From assembly GCA_963843375.1 (NCBI GenBank), contig CAWJKT010000006.1, positions 32,001-96,000 on the forward strand: DNA of 64,000 nucleotides. The letters run 5' to 3'. This stretch comes from an uncultured Pseudomonadota bacterium (GTDB lineage Bacteria; Oederibacteriota; Muellerivitia; Muellerivitales; Muellerivitaceae). Under the pieces are notes generated by a model. That model was not told where the DNA came from, searched no databases, and saw only the letters and a list, made by a program, of their open reading frames with translations. Of the stretch, positions 28,602-39,286 are shown in pieces. Each line of letters opens with the position of its first letter. Position 1 is the first letter of the stretch. The translations under genes and the position numbers were made by a program.

Positions 28602-29624
<1,023 letters not shown>

Positions 29625-29823
29625 TTACAGGAGGGATAATAAGAAAGGGGGTGGCAAATCATTTGCCTAATCCTACGAATGTTTGACCTAATACACCGGA
29701 AAGCTGTTGTTTTTATGGAGAGTGAAAGATTCGGGATATTTACGGCTTTTAGGAGGCGAGCAACGGCTGGGATGAACAATTAATGTATAAACTATTGGCC
29801 CGGACCCTTTGTTTCATTTTTCT

Positions 29824-29853
29824 TTGTCCACGATGGGTCCCCGTCGTAAACAA
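29824..29853 (+). repeat. Cassette site 13
   Basis: TTGTCCACGATGGGTCCCCGTCGTAAACAA. Confidence 0.9.
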
Positions 29854-29857
29854 CCTA

Positions 29858-30286
29858 TTAAAATTTTTTATATAAAAAATAACGTTTGCTTCCCTTTGGA
29901 AAAGATTTTAAAGAACCAAATTTTTTAAATCCCATCTTCCGGTAAAATTCCGGGGCTTGGAAATCGAAAGTATCCAAATGGACATACCGGCACCCTCTTT
30001 TCCGCGCAATGGCTTGCGCCTTTTGGAGCAATTGGGTGCCTAATCCCTGGTTCCGGTTCTTTTCATTTACCCAGAGGGTCTTCACGAAAAGCCATCCCCA
30101 ATAGGTCCCGCTGACCAGCCCGCCCACTATTTTACCCTTGGGGTCGACGGCTTTCAGGTCCAGGTCCCGCCAATCGAGTCGACCAATATATTTCCTGTTA
30201 TAGGAATTGAGTTCCCGGCCAACGAAGTCCCTGAACCTCTTGTTAGGCGAGTTTACGGTTTTAATGGAGCCTGAAGCTTTTATCAT
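29858..30286 (-). CDS. GNAT-family N-acetyltransferase
   Basis: LWV..K.RNQGLG..LL, LDTFDFQAPEFY.K.GF. Confidence 0.9.
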   Translation of the reverse strand: MIKASGSIKTVNSPNKRFRDFVGRELNSYNRKYIGRLDWRDLDLKAVDPKGKIVGGLVSGTYWGWLFVKTLWVNEKNRNQGLGTQLLQKAQAIARKRGCRYVHLDTFDFQAPEFYRKMGFKKFGSLKSFPKGSKRYFLYKKF

Positions 30287-30331
30287 GCCAACTCCTTTAC
30301 GTCATAAAAAATAGTCATCGCCAAAAAATGG

Positions 30332-30361
30332 TTGTCCACGACGGGTCCCCGTCGTGGACAG
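30332..30361 (+). repeat. Cassette site 14
   Basis: TTGTCCACGACGGGTCCCCGTCGTGGACAG. Confidence 0.95.
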
Positions 30362-30379
30362 CTAAAATTCAATAAATAA

Positions 30380-31171
30380 TCAGGGCGGACTTGGTATTGA
30401 ATCCGAAGATTTCTCTGTTTCTTTTTTTAACCTTTGTTGCTTTTGATATTTAGAAAGATAGTTTTTATCGTACCAATCTTCCAATAACTTATTCCGGGGA
30501 TTATTGGGTCTTAAAAGCTCGTCAACTAAATCTTCGATATAGGGTACTGTGATCCCTTTCCCCATTCTTCCTATCAACTGTTCATCCTCATAGGGCAAAT
30601 TTAATCTTTTGCAATTAGGAATCCAGACTTCTTGAAAAAATTCATGGGCTTCTTGAATTGTGTCGTTTTCAATAACGCTATGCTCGATAACAAAAGCCTG
30701 GCGGTTAATCAGGCCCTTTTCTGCCTTATCATCAATTTTTAAAGACCGTTTTGAATTTTGAACATTAAAGAGTTCATAAAAAGCAGAAAACCAAAGCATA
30801 GGTCCACTTTTGGGTTCACCTTTATGATAGTTTTCCTGGGTAAAATTTTTAGTGACTTTAATCACTGCAAGCTTATGATTTTCATAGTCCGGCCCGGCCG
30901 AAACCGCATCCCATAAAGGTTCTGGATCACTAGGGTCCCATTGAACTTCACCCATACCGGCTTCTCCCGCAAATTGCCTAAGGGTCCAATTCCAAAGATC
31001 ATCCCCTTCTTTCACGTAAGGCGCCATGGCGGGCCGGTCATGGAGCATCTGTCGAAGCTGGGTCTCGCCCCAAGCCATCTGATCTTTGGTTAATGAAACC
31101 GGCTGATCTTGAGCTTTTATCGAAGTTCCAGAAATAAGGAAAATAATAAAAGCCACCAATAGCTTTTTCAC
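30380..31171 (-). CDS. Secreted hypothetical protein
   Basis: GTG start with AAGGA RBS and signal peptide; no recognised domain. Confidence 0.65.
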   Translation of the reverse strand: MKKLLVAFIIFLISGTSIKAQDQPVSLTKDQMAWGETQLRQMLHDRPAMAPYVKEGDDLWNWTLRQFAGEAGMGEVQWDPSDPEPLWDAVSAGPDYENHKLAVIKVTKNFTQENYHKGEPKSGPMLWFSAFYELFNVQNSKRSLKIDDKAEKGLINRQAFVIEHSVIENDTIQEAHEFFQEVWIPNCKRLNLPYEDEQLIGRMGKGITVPYIEDLVDELLRPNNPRNKLLEDWYDKNYLSKYQKQQRLKKETEKSSDSIPSPP

Positions 31172-31192
31172 ACTAATTTCCTTTCAAAATAG

Positions 31193-31222
31193 CTGTCCAC
31201 GACGGGTCCCCGTCGTGGACAA
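31193..31222 (+). repeat. Cassette site 15
   Basis: CTGTCCACGACGGGTCCCCGTCGTGGACAA; 1 bp from the stop codon at 31224. Confidence 0.95.
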
Positions 31223-31223
31223 A

Positions 31224-31631
31224 TTATTTTTCGTTCACAAAACTTTCCATTGAAACAGTAAGGTGGGGGGCGGCACGGCGGAGGGCACGGTCCTCAGTCA
31301 CGCAGGGAACCCCAAGTTTCTGGGCCAATAAGACATATTGGGCGTCATAGGCTGATATTTTGTGATGAAGCGCTATATCCAAGGTCTCAACAGGTCCCAA
31401 TTCCACTTCATTGGGAAGAATATGGGCGTAAACATCCTCCAAAGCTTTGACCGCTTTTTCTTTGGTTAATCCGCCCTGCCGGACATAGGTGATGAAAATG
31501 TTGAGGATTTCATGGCGCCAAATTCCTGGAAGTCTCCAATGTGGATCTCGTTTACGCACTTGGAGGGCTAATGGTGTCAGCGTCCCCTCGATTAGGGAAT
31601 AAGCCAATACGTTTGCATCCACGACAATCAA
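31224..31631 (-). CDS. vapC: VapC/FitB PIN-domain toxin
   Basis: (M)IVVDANVL...E..N...SAYDAQYV.LA..L..P.VTED; TTG start overlapping the antitoxin stop. Confidence 0.88.
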   Translation of the reverse strand: MIVVDANVLAYSLIEGTLTPLALQVRKRDPHWRLPGIWRHEILNIFITYVRQGGLTKEKAVKALEDVYAHILPNEVELGPVETLDIALHHKISAYDAQYVLLAQKLGVPCVTEDRALRRAAPHLTVSMESFVNEK

Positions 31632-31846
31632 GCGCGCCCCTTTTGGATTGTCTTTTTCAACCAGGCGGGAGTAATGGGAAATTTTCCCTTGATGGGTTCG
31701 GGCCAAGGGCGTTCCGAATGCCCGGACAAAGCTTCTTCCAGGAGAGCCAACGCTTCCTTGGTCATAGACCGTCGATGTTGTGTCGCGAATTCCTTGAGCT
31801 TCTTATGCACCGGTGCTGGAACATTTTTAATCAAAATATCAGGCAT
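31628..31846 (-). CDS. FitA-like ribbon-helix-helix antitoxin
   Basis: ILIKNVP..VH..LK..A..HRRSM..E...LL; GGAGG RBS. Confidence 0.85.
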   Translation of the reverse strand: MPDILIKNVPAPVHKKLKEFATQHRRSMTKEALALLEEALSGHSERPWPEPIKGKFPITPAWLKKTIQKGRA

Positions 31847-31984
31847 GGCAACCTCCTATTCGTTCGATATCATAACAATATCATTACAATAGTACTATAT
31901 CCATTGAAGCGACAAGTGGCTGGCCGGTTAGTAGTTCGTTTGCGATATAACCAGCCCAAAAGAAGATGTTTTTCTTCAATTTAG

Positions 31985-32008
31985 GTGTCCGGTCCCCGGC
32001 GTGGACAT
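31985..32008 (+). repeat. Cassette site 16 (6-bp deletion in left arm)
   Basis: GTGTCC------GGTCCCCGGCGTGGACAT. Confidence 0.75.
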
Positions 32009-32089
32009 GTTGTAAACTACCGTTTTTCGAAATATTTCAACGTTAATTCGCTCCCCGCCCATGACAAACCCATTCCCGTTGCCCTGTGC

Positions 32090-33307
32090 CTAAAAGCTAT
32101 AAGATATTTGGAGGCCGCCTTTGAAGCCGCTCAAGGCCAAAGTCCAGGCAGAAGAATTGGGGGCTGGCGTTCCGGGGTAATAGGGGCTAAATTCTGCACC
32201 CCGATAAACGATCCGCTCCAGATTGCCGTTCTGGATCGGTTCGAGGGCCGCTCCAAAATCGGTTTGCACCACATCCAATGCCATTCTCTCCCCCCCCGAA
32301 CCCGGCAATGTCTGAAAGTTGGTGGCGGTGAGGATCTGGTACCCCACCGAAGGGGAAACGGCAAAACACTGCCCCAAGTCCCAATCCAATCCCACTTGAA
32401 CTTGTCCCCCGAACCCCAAGGCCCCAAAAGTCTCATTCAATTTTTCGTTTACAAGCTCGTTGGAGTTGACATTGATATATATATCGTTGATGCCGTAAAT
32501 GATCTGCATGGGAACCGCGACGACACCCCCGGAAACGAAAGGCCGGAAATTTCCGTGCGCGAAAGTGTACCGCCCCTGCACCCCTACCTCAATAGCGCTG
32601 ATACTGTAGGCATCCTGCAACCTAAGGGTGACGGGTATGGCCCCGTTAGGACCATAATATGCAGTTATAGGCTGTAAATTATTCGTCACTGTGCCAACGG
32701 GAAGGTAGGAAAAGAACAGGCCCCCCTCCAATTCCGGGGTGAGCCGGATGGAAGCCTCCAAGTCTACCTGTGGCAAAATGAACTCGGGGATATTTCCAAT
32801 GTAGAAGCGCGCATTATCCCCAGAAGAATTTAAGTATTGGCTCAGATTTTGAAACTCCACTTTGTTGTTCTGGAAATCCGCAAGATTTATCCACGATTCT
32901 TCGAAAGTGATCCGGATGTCAAACATTTTAAAAAAGGTAATATCCCTAATCGGGGGAGGCGTGATCCCCGAAAGATAAGCGGTATGAGTCTGGTATCCCA
33001 ACTGGGCCGCCCACTTTCGCAAATCGGGATTGTCCGGATGGAGAGTCAGGCTGGATTGAACGGCTGCGATCGCCTCAGCCTGATCACCCACTTGGTTATA
33101 GCTGAAAGCCAGTATCTGGTAGGCTTGCCAGGATTGGGGGTCGAGCCGGACCGCTTCCTTCAGACTGGCTATCGCTTGGTTATATTGCTCTTGTTGATAA
33201 AGTTGTACCCCGATGTTGTAGGCGTCCAGGGGTGGGTCGCCCCAAGCGGTCAAGCTTGAAAACAAAAAGATCAGCCCGAAGAAGAGGGGTATGAGCCGCA
33301 TTTCCAA
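32090..33307 (-). CDS. TPR-containing exported protein with probable C-terminal beta-barrel
   Basis: Signal peptide, TPR motifs, alternating beta-strand pattern ending GLQISYSF. Confidence 0.65.
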   Translation of the reverse strand: MEMRLIPLFFGLIFLFSSLTAWGDPPLDAYNIGVQLYQQEQYNQAIASLKEAVRLDPQSWQAYQILAFSYNQVGDQAEAIAAVQSSLTLHPDNPDLRKWAAQLGYQTHTAYLSGITPPPIRDITFFKMFDIRITFEESWINLADFQNNKVEFQNLSQYLNSSGDNARFYIGNIPEFILPQVDLEASIRLTPELEGGLFFSYLPVGTVTNNLQPITAYYGPNGAIPVTLRLQDAYSISAIEVGVQGRYTFAHGNFRPFVSGGVVAVPMQIIYGINDIYINVNSNELVNEKLNETFGALGFGGQVQVGLDWDLGQCFAVSPSVGYQILTATNFQTLPGSGGERMALDVVQTDFGAALEPIQNGNLERIVYRGAEFSPYYPGTPAPNSSAWTLALSGFKGGLQISYSF

Positions 33308-33379
33308 AACCTTTCGGCGTTCAGAATATAACTTAAATGATTATACTTCGTCTTTTGACCGACCCATTTTTCAATCTTC

Positions 33380-33409
33380 CCTACTAATTCGGGTCCCCAT
33401 CGCGGACTT
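33380..33409 (+). repeat. Cassette site 17 (left arm degenerate)
   Basis: CCTACTAATTCGGGTCCCCATCGCGGACTT. Confidence 0.6.
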
Positions 33410-33500
33410 TCTTTTCAATTCAAGTTCAAATGCGGCATTAAATGCTTCGCTTTTCTAGCGAATTTGAAGAAAAAATACGATTGCCCCATTTCCTCAAATT

Positions 33501-34787
33501 TCACTTCGGAACGACAAGGGGGGGATGGCTCTGAAGGATGGGCCGCAATTTCTCCATGGCCGCCTCGGGGGTTTCCTTTCCATCCCACACCCTTTCCAAA
33601 CCGGTCGTGATGATGTTTTCCACCTCCTGCCAATTGCCGCACAGGGGAAAATACTTCACATACTGGACGGCATCGATCAAAATTTTCTTGTTTAAGGGGT
33701 CTTTCTGGTCCAGGAAAAGGTCGGAACTCGCCATCTTTTTCAAGGCAGGCTGGGCCAATCCGCTGGCCATCCTCTTTTGTTCGGCTTCCTCGCCAGTCAG
33801 GTATTTAACCAATTTCCAGGCGGTCTGCTTGTTCTTGGATTGCCTCCATATTGCGTAACCCGAACCTCCAGTCGAAAAGGCTCGGTCTCCGTTGGGCCCC
33901 TTGGGAAGCATGGCTACATCCCATTTAAAGTTTTTGATTTCTCGGAATTGGGGTGTCCATTTCAAACCCGAAAGGTACATGGCGGCGGAACCAAAGCGGA
34001 ACATATCCGAGCCTTCGCTCTCCGTAAACCCGGCGATTTTGGAGGGCGCCAGAGAAACCTTGTGCTTATGGATCAGGTCGTAACGGAACTGAACACCTTT
34101 CAGGGTATTCGGGTCGGCGGCGAAGGTCCATCGAGTGGGTTGGTGGACGTTGTCCGCAAAGGAACCGCCCGCGCTGAAAATCCACGCGCTGGGAAGGAGT
34201 TTGTCGTCAATGAATCCCCACTGCAGAACCTCGCCCGACCGGCTCTTTTTTTGGACCTTCAAGGCCGTTTCGACGAATTGATCCCAATTCCAATTATCCT
34301 TTGGATAGGGAACATTGGCCTCGTCAAAGGCGGACTTATTGTAATAAACCAGGCACCAGGGAGCGGTGTCACGGGGGAGGACGTAAGTTCTGCCCTGGGA
34401 AGTGAAACGATCCAAAACGGCCGGATAAAAATCCGTCAAATTCAATTCATCGGTTTTGACGTAGGAATCCAAGGGTTCGAGCATCCCCTGGTTAAAAAAT
34501 TCCGCGAAATTATTGACCTCCACAAAAATGACATCCGGGCCTCCGCCTTTGAGAAAGGCCAATACCATTTCGGAGTATTTGACATAGGGAGTGCGCCGCA
34601 ACGCGACCTTTATTGATGGGTTTAATTTCATAAAGTCATTGATCAGATCGATCAGGACCTGGTTTTCCTCGATGTCACCCCAAGAGAATACGACGATATT
34701 CGATTCCTTTGGTTTTGACCCGGACTTCAAGAGAAAGTCGAGAATTGTTTCCCCTCCAGTGGACGGCAGAACCCGGCAAAAGAACAT
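33501..34787 (-). CDS. Sugar ABC transporter substrate-binding protein (orphan, no clear signal peptide)
   Basis: PDVIF, LEPLD, LVYYNK..FDEA.VPYP..NWNW, WDVAMLP, GGSGYAI. Confidence 0.8.
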   Translation of the reverse strand: MFFCRVLPSTGGETILDFLLKSGSKPKESNIVVFSWGDIEENQVLIDLINDFMKLNPSIKVALRRTPYVKYSEMVLAFLKGGGPDVIFVEVNNFAEFFNQGMLEPLDSYVKTDELNLTDFYPAVLDRFTSQGRTYVLPRDTAPWCLVYYNKSAFDEANVPYPKDNWNWDQFVETALKVQKKSRSGEVLQWGFIDDKLLPSAWIFSAGGSFADNVHQPTRWTFAADPNTLKGVQFRYDLIHKHKVSLAPSKIAGFTESEGSDMFRFGSAAMYLSGLKWTPQFREIKNFKWDVAMLPKGPNGDRAFSTGGSGYAIWRQSKNKQTAWKLVKYLTGEEAEQKRMASGLAQPALKKMASSDLFLDQKDPLNKKILIDAVQYVKYFPLCGNWQEVENIITTGLERVWDGKETPEAAMEKLRPILQSHPPLVVPK

Positions 34788-34865
34788 GGGGGTCAGCCCC
34801 CACGAGAAGCAATTGAAGTTTAATCATTATAACAAGCCCTGGCCAAGCTGAGGTGCATAGCGTTC

Positions 34866-34879
34866 TCCATCGTGGGCAA
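34866..34879 (+). repeat. Possible right half-site remnant (site 18)
   Basis: TCCATCGTGGGCAA matches the right arm of site 9 at 13/14 positions. Confidence 0.4.
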
Positions 34880-35011
34880 GAATATCTCATCCTTCCTTTA
34901 CCACAAAAACAGCTTGGTTCCGATGCGGAATAAACCCAGCTTACTTTTTGTAAAGCATCAGTCCGGGAAAATGATCGAATTGTGAATCCAGGTTATAACG
35001 GTTAAGCCCTA

Positions 35012-35611
35012 TTAACCTTCCGAAGGCGCTTCCCTATTGCGTGTACACACCACCAATCCAGTAGACCAATTCATCTTACAAACATGAAAATCTTTCAACG
35101 CCTCAAATTTCACGAGCAATTCATCAACTAATACTTGATGTCCTTCCGGCCAATTTGACTGCGGAAGCATGTCATCAACGACATAAAACCCGCCAAGGGC
35201 AACGAGTCGAAGTGTTTCTTTTAGGGTGTTATATTTTCCGGGAAAGGAATCGGCAAAAACAAAATCAAACCTTTGGCCCGCCAATGACTTGATGAATTCT
35301 CCGCCGTCAGCGACTCGAAGCGTCAATCGAGGGTCAAAACCTAAATTTTTTTCCGCTAAAGAACTCAAATCGGGGTTATTATCCACCGACAACAAGGTTG
35401 AATGAGAATCCATCCCATTCAATATCCAGGCGGCCGATAATCCCGTGCCTGTCCCGATTTCTAAAAACCGGCCTTTTGGCTTTGCCGCCGCCAAAGTTTG
35501 GAGCAAATGTCCCGTCAGGACATCGGATCCCATTTTGAAATCCAGTAACTTGGTGGCTTTTAAAATCTCAAGGTATTTGGGCGGGAGTGGAACCCTTTTT
35601 TCGTCATTCAA
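35012..35611 (-). CDS. Class I SAM-dependent O-methyltransferase
   Basis: LEIGTGTGLS, FDFVFADS, GGFYVVDD. Confidence 0.88.
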   Translation of the reverse strand: MNDEKRVPLPPKYLEILKATKLLDFKMGSDVLTGHLLQTLAAAKPKGRFLEIGTGTGLSAAWILNGMDSHSTLLSVDNNPDLSSLAEKNLGFDPRLTLRVADGGEFIKSLAGQRFDFVFADSFPGKYNTLKETLRLVALGGFYVVDDMLPQSNWPEGHQVLVDELLVKFEALKDFHVCKMNWSTGLVVCTRNREAPSEG

Positions 35612-35826
35612 TGTAAGGCTCCATAATAAGTTATGGGGCCGAATGCCCGGGATGGCCCTTTTCCGCTTAAATCAATATTAGAATGTGAGTTGAGTCAATT
35701 TCGGTATCTTTTATGAATCCGAAAACCGCAGGACAGGCAGCACCCCCGTACCTTCTACTCCAACTGCTGGGTCATTCTGTCTATATCTTCCCGTCCTGGA
35801 AAAATTTATGCCGTTTCCATCCCGGT

Positions 35827-36213
35827 TCACCCAAGATATTTATCCACGGTTTCAAGCAGTTCAATTGCTTGAAGGGGTTTTGCCAGCAAAGCGTTAAAAC
35901 CGCTGCTGGGATCCCATGGCGTATCCTGCTTTTCAAGAAAACTCGTGAAAGCCAAAATGGGTAAAAGCGGATTTTCGGCCGCGGCCCTTAATTTGTGGAC
36001 CAAGTCATATCCGGTTATATCGGGCAATATCAAATCTTGTAAAACAATGTCGGGCTTTTCCTTCATCAGGGTGACAGCTGTCGCACCATCTTGTGCTTCC
36101 AAAACTTCATAACCGGCGTTCTCTAGAATTTTTCGGGTGATCTTTCGAAGGCTGGAATTGTCGTCCACAATTAAAATTTTTTTAAATTCCTTTTTAATTT
36201 CTCTTTCCCCCAT
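35827..36213 (-). CDS. Single-domain response regulator
   Basis: ILIVDD, PDIVLQDLILPDITG, KP. Confidence 0.88.
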   Translation of the reverse strand: MGEREIKKEFKKILIVDDNSSLRKITRKILENAGYEVLEAQDGATAVTLMKEKPDIVLQDLILPDITGYDLVHKLRAAAENPLLPILAFTSFLEKQDTPWDPSSGFNALLAKPLQAIELLETVDKYLG

Positions 36214-36425
36214 CCAATTCCCGCTTTCCTGGCCTCTTTGAAATGTTTTGACATTGGAAAAGCACTGATGCGTAAAAAATCATATCATAATTAATCGAAG
36301 ACGCCGACCATTCGAAATTTGGGTTTTGCTTGGTTCCGGAAGGGAAAGAGTCAGGAAAAACTTAAGGGCTTGCACGCATCGAAACTTTTTTAAAAACGTT
36401 GTTTTTTAGACCGCTTTTTTTGCTT

Positions 36426-36479
36426 AAAAAAGGGATGGACGGGCCCAAACATAAAACCCCGTCCAACCCTTCCTTTTTT
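36426..36479. terminator. Possible intrinsic terminator hairpin
   Basis: AGGGATGGACGGG...CCCGTCCAACCCT flanked by A and T runs, just downstream of the 36501 gene. Confidence 0.4.
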
Positions 36480-36500
36480 CCAGGTCTTTGACTAGAAATG

Positions 36501-37253
36501 TTATTCTTTTGCGCTGGCCATTTGAACATTATGAAAGTGATTGGATTGGTTGGACAAAACCGTCAATTGAAGAGCCAATGGATCAAAGCAATTGGAAAGG
36601 TGGTTTCCATATACATGATTACCCGCCATCTGGGTTCCCTCAAAGTTCCCGGCAAAAATCCCATATTCATTGTCGTATATGGAATTACCTGAAACAACAG
36701 ATCCGGCAGCACCCTCAATAAAAGTCAGTCCAATCGTGTTACCCGCAATAAGGTTATCGATGATCTTGGGGTGGGAACCGGGACCCACTACCAGCGCGTT
36801 GCGTGAGCCCGAAATAAAACATTTTTCAATCGAAGGCGAAGAACCGTCGCAAACAACCCGCCCCCCCGTTATAACGCAATTTTTGAGGAAAGAATGACCT
36901 GGTGTGGATTGTTGAAAATGCAACTCTCCCCATTTTTCCCCTTTGACAAGGGGGGTAAAATAAACGGGCTTGGACTCAGAACCTTGTGCTTCCAAACCAC
37001 CCTGGATTATTAGCCCGGAGCCGCTCGTGGTATCCCCTGGCATGGGGGCAAAGCAAACACCTGTCCCTGGTCGCAGGGTCAGGGTGACACCCTTTTCGAT
37101 AACCAACTTGCCTTGGATAACATAAGGACCCTGACTTGCCTCCCAAACCGTGTCGGTGACGATCCTTCCCTGGACGACCGTCTGGCCAGCTTCAACCGCA
37201 AAAGGAACCAAAAGGCCGATGATTCCCATGACAATTGGAATAAGTATTTTCAT
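36501..37253 (-). CDS. Secreted right-handed parallel beta-helix protein
   Basis: Signal peptide; DTVW...GPY...L.I..GVTLTL.PGT; repeated N.I..N..G motifs. Confidence 0.75.
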   Translation of the reverse strand: MKILIPIVMGIIGLLVPFAVEAGQTVVQGRIVTDTVWEASQGPYVIQGKLVIEKGVTLTLRPGTGVCFAPMPGDTTSGSGLIIQGGLEAQGSESKPVYFTPLVKGEKWGELHFQQSTPGHSFLKNCVITGGRVVCDGSSPSIEKCFISGSRNALVVGPGSHPKIIDNLIAGNTIGLTFIEGAAGSVVSGNSIYDNEYGIFAGNFEGTQMAGNHVYGNHLSNCFDPLALQLTVLSNQSNHFHNVQMASAKE

Positions 37254-37299
37254 TTTTTTCTCCCTTTTGTTGATGAATAGTAAACTGAATACTTGTAAG

Positions 37300-37315
37300 G
37301 CAACGGTTGTGCCAA
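37300..37315 (-). promoter_or_regulatory. Sigma-54 (-24/-12) promoter
   Basis: Minus strand TTGGCACAACCGTTGC, an exact GG-N10-GC match. Confidence 0.75.
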
Positions 37316-37656
37316 GTCCCAGCCTCAAATAAAGCCATAAAAGAAGGGAATTTATTGGGATCGAAAGCCTGGGGCGGGTAATTTTTACACGGGAATGGAA
37401 CTATTACTCATTGAGACAAGGTATGTTTCACCTTACAAATACGGGAAGGAATCAGTCAAAGATTTTCATATCATGAGGATTGGGGAAAAGGTCGATGAAT
37501 CAGATTCCTCGAAACGGAGGGACAAATTAAGGAAATGATTCCAATAAACAGTCCTTTTTCTGTCTTGTTTTCCGGGAGGACCCTTGGTGTTTTAACATAA
37601 AAATCAGGTTTTGATAGAATAGTCTTTGATACATTTTTTTAAGGGAGAATTCTTGA

Positions 37657-38997
37657 ATGCGCATATTGATGATTGACGACGAGGAATCCCTTGTCAAAAT
37701 CCTCTCGAAGTTCCTCCAACAAAGCGGCCATGAGGTCTTCTCCGCCTTCAACGGGGCTGAAGGCTTGGAAAAAGCCTTCCAGTTAAAACCCGACCTAATT
37801 CTTTTGGACCTCCATTTGCCCGACGCCTTGGGCATAGAAATTTTGCCAAAATTGAATGCGTCCGTACCTGCAACCTCAGTGGTGGTTATTACGGGTGAAG
37901 GTTCCGTGGATTCGGCGGTGGCGGCAATCCAATTGGGGGCTGAGGACTATCTGGAAAAACCCATCGATATGGAAAAAATGAAAATCGTTCTCAAAAAAAT
38001 AGAGGAAAAACGGGGACTCCAGCGGGAATTGAATACCCTGAAACGCCAGCAAAGGGAACTCTACCGGAAGGATTACCTGTTTCTACCCGACCCGGAGATG
38101 CAAAAGCTTTACGGGGAAATTGAGCAAATTGCCGCCCAGGAAAAGGTGACGGTGGTCGTTTACGGTGAGACGGGAACCGGCAAGGAACACGTAGCCAGGC
38201 TCATCCACGCCCTCTCTCCCCGGAAATCTCGGCCTTTCGTGGAGATTCACTGTGGTTCCCTTCCCGAATCCATCTTGGAATCCGAGCTCTTTGGCTATGA
38301 GCCCGGGGCCTTTACCGATGCCAAACGCCAGAAACCCGGGTTATTCGAGGAGGCCCAGGGAGGCAGTATTTTCCTTGATGAAATAGGGGAATTAACTCCC
38401 TCGGTCCAAATGAAACTATTGAAGGTTCTGGAACAAAAATCCATCCGCCGATTGGGCGGTAACCGGGAAATCCCACTGGACGTGCGGATCATCACGGCCA
38501 CCCACCGTAATCTGGAAAAAGAAGTCAAGGAAGGCAGGTTTCGACCCGACCTATTCTATCGTTTAAACGTCATTCCCTTGACCATTCCCGCCCTGCGGGA
38601 ACGGCCTGATGATATTGTTGAATTAGCCAATTTTTTCTTGCAGGAATCTTGCCGGGCTTTTAATAAAAAACTGGCCCTTTTTTCAGATGAAATACTTGCT
38701 TTGCTAAAAAATTACCATTGGCCGGGCAACGTTCGGGAACTGAAGCACGTGATTGAGCGCATGGTTGTGACGGCCAAAGGAAACAACTTGTCCCCGAAGG
38801 ACTTGCCAAAGGAAATAAAGGAAGCCAAAACCATTCCGCCTGCGGAAAAAGCGGCCCAACGCAAGGAAGACGCGGAGTTGGAAAACATCCGCCGGGCCTT
38901 GATCGAAACCAACGGCAATAGATCTCAAGCCGCCGATCTTTTGGGCATCACGCGTAAAACCCTCTTCAATAAGTTAAAAAAACATAAAATGGATTGA
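37657..38997 (+). CDS. NtrC-family sigma-54-dependent response regulator (REC-AAA+-HTH)
   Basis: GETGTGKE, ESELFG, GAFTDA, FLDEIG, WPGNVREL and a Fis-type HTH. Confidence 0.95.
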   Translation: MRILMIDDEESLVKILSKFLQQSGHEVFSAFNGAEGLEKAFQLKPDLILLDLHLPDALGIEILPKLNASVPATSVVVITGEGSVDSAVAAIQLGAEDYLEKPIDMEKMKIVLKKIEEKRGLQRELNTLKRQQRELYRKDYLFLPDPEMQKLYGEIEQIAAQEKVTVVVYGETGTGKEHVARLIHALSPRKSRPFVEIHCGSLPESILESELFGYEPGAFTDAKRQKPGLFEEAQGGSIFLDEIGELTPSVQMKLLKVLEQKSIRRLGGNREIPLDVRIITATHRNLEKEVKEGRFRPDLFYRLNVIPLTIPALRERPDDIVELANFFLQESCRAFNKKLALFSDEILALLKNYHWPGNVRELKHVIERMVVTAKGNNLSPKDLPKEIKEAKTIPPAEKAAQRKEDAELENIRRALIETNGNRSQAADLLGITRKTLFNKLKKHKMD

Positions 38998-39219
38998 TTT
39001 GGATAACTGTCCGCGCCTCCAGCTTTCAAATCCAACGAAGGTCGTCCATCTTTCGTTTTTCATCCAAAACCTATTTTTCTAAAGCCTCTTTTAAGTCATT
39101 AAATCTTCAACTGACGGCTCTTCTTTCCCTAACTGGGTCATTTTTACCCATCGGGACAATTTTTTCTCTTTACTCCTTTTGATCTCAAAGGAAATTGCTC
39201 CATTTTGCTAAATCCAATA

Positions 39220-39234
39220 TGGCATCACTTTTGC
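39220..39234 (+). promoter_or_regulatory. Sigma-54 (-24/-12) promoter
   Basis: TGGCATCACTTTTGC, GG-N10-GC, ~50 bp upstream of the 39287 ORF. Confidence 0.7.
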
Positions 39235-39286
39235 CTTAACAATTCATAAGAAAACCAATCTACAAAAACATGAAAGGACGGAACTC

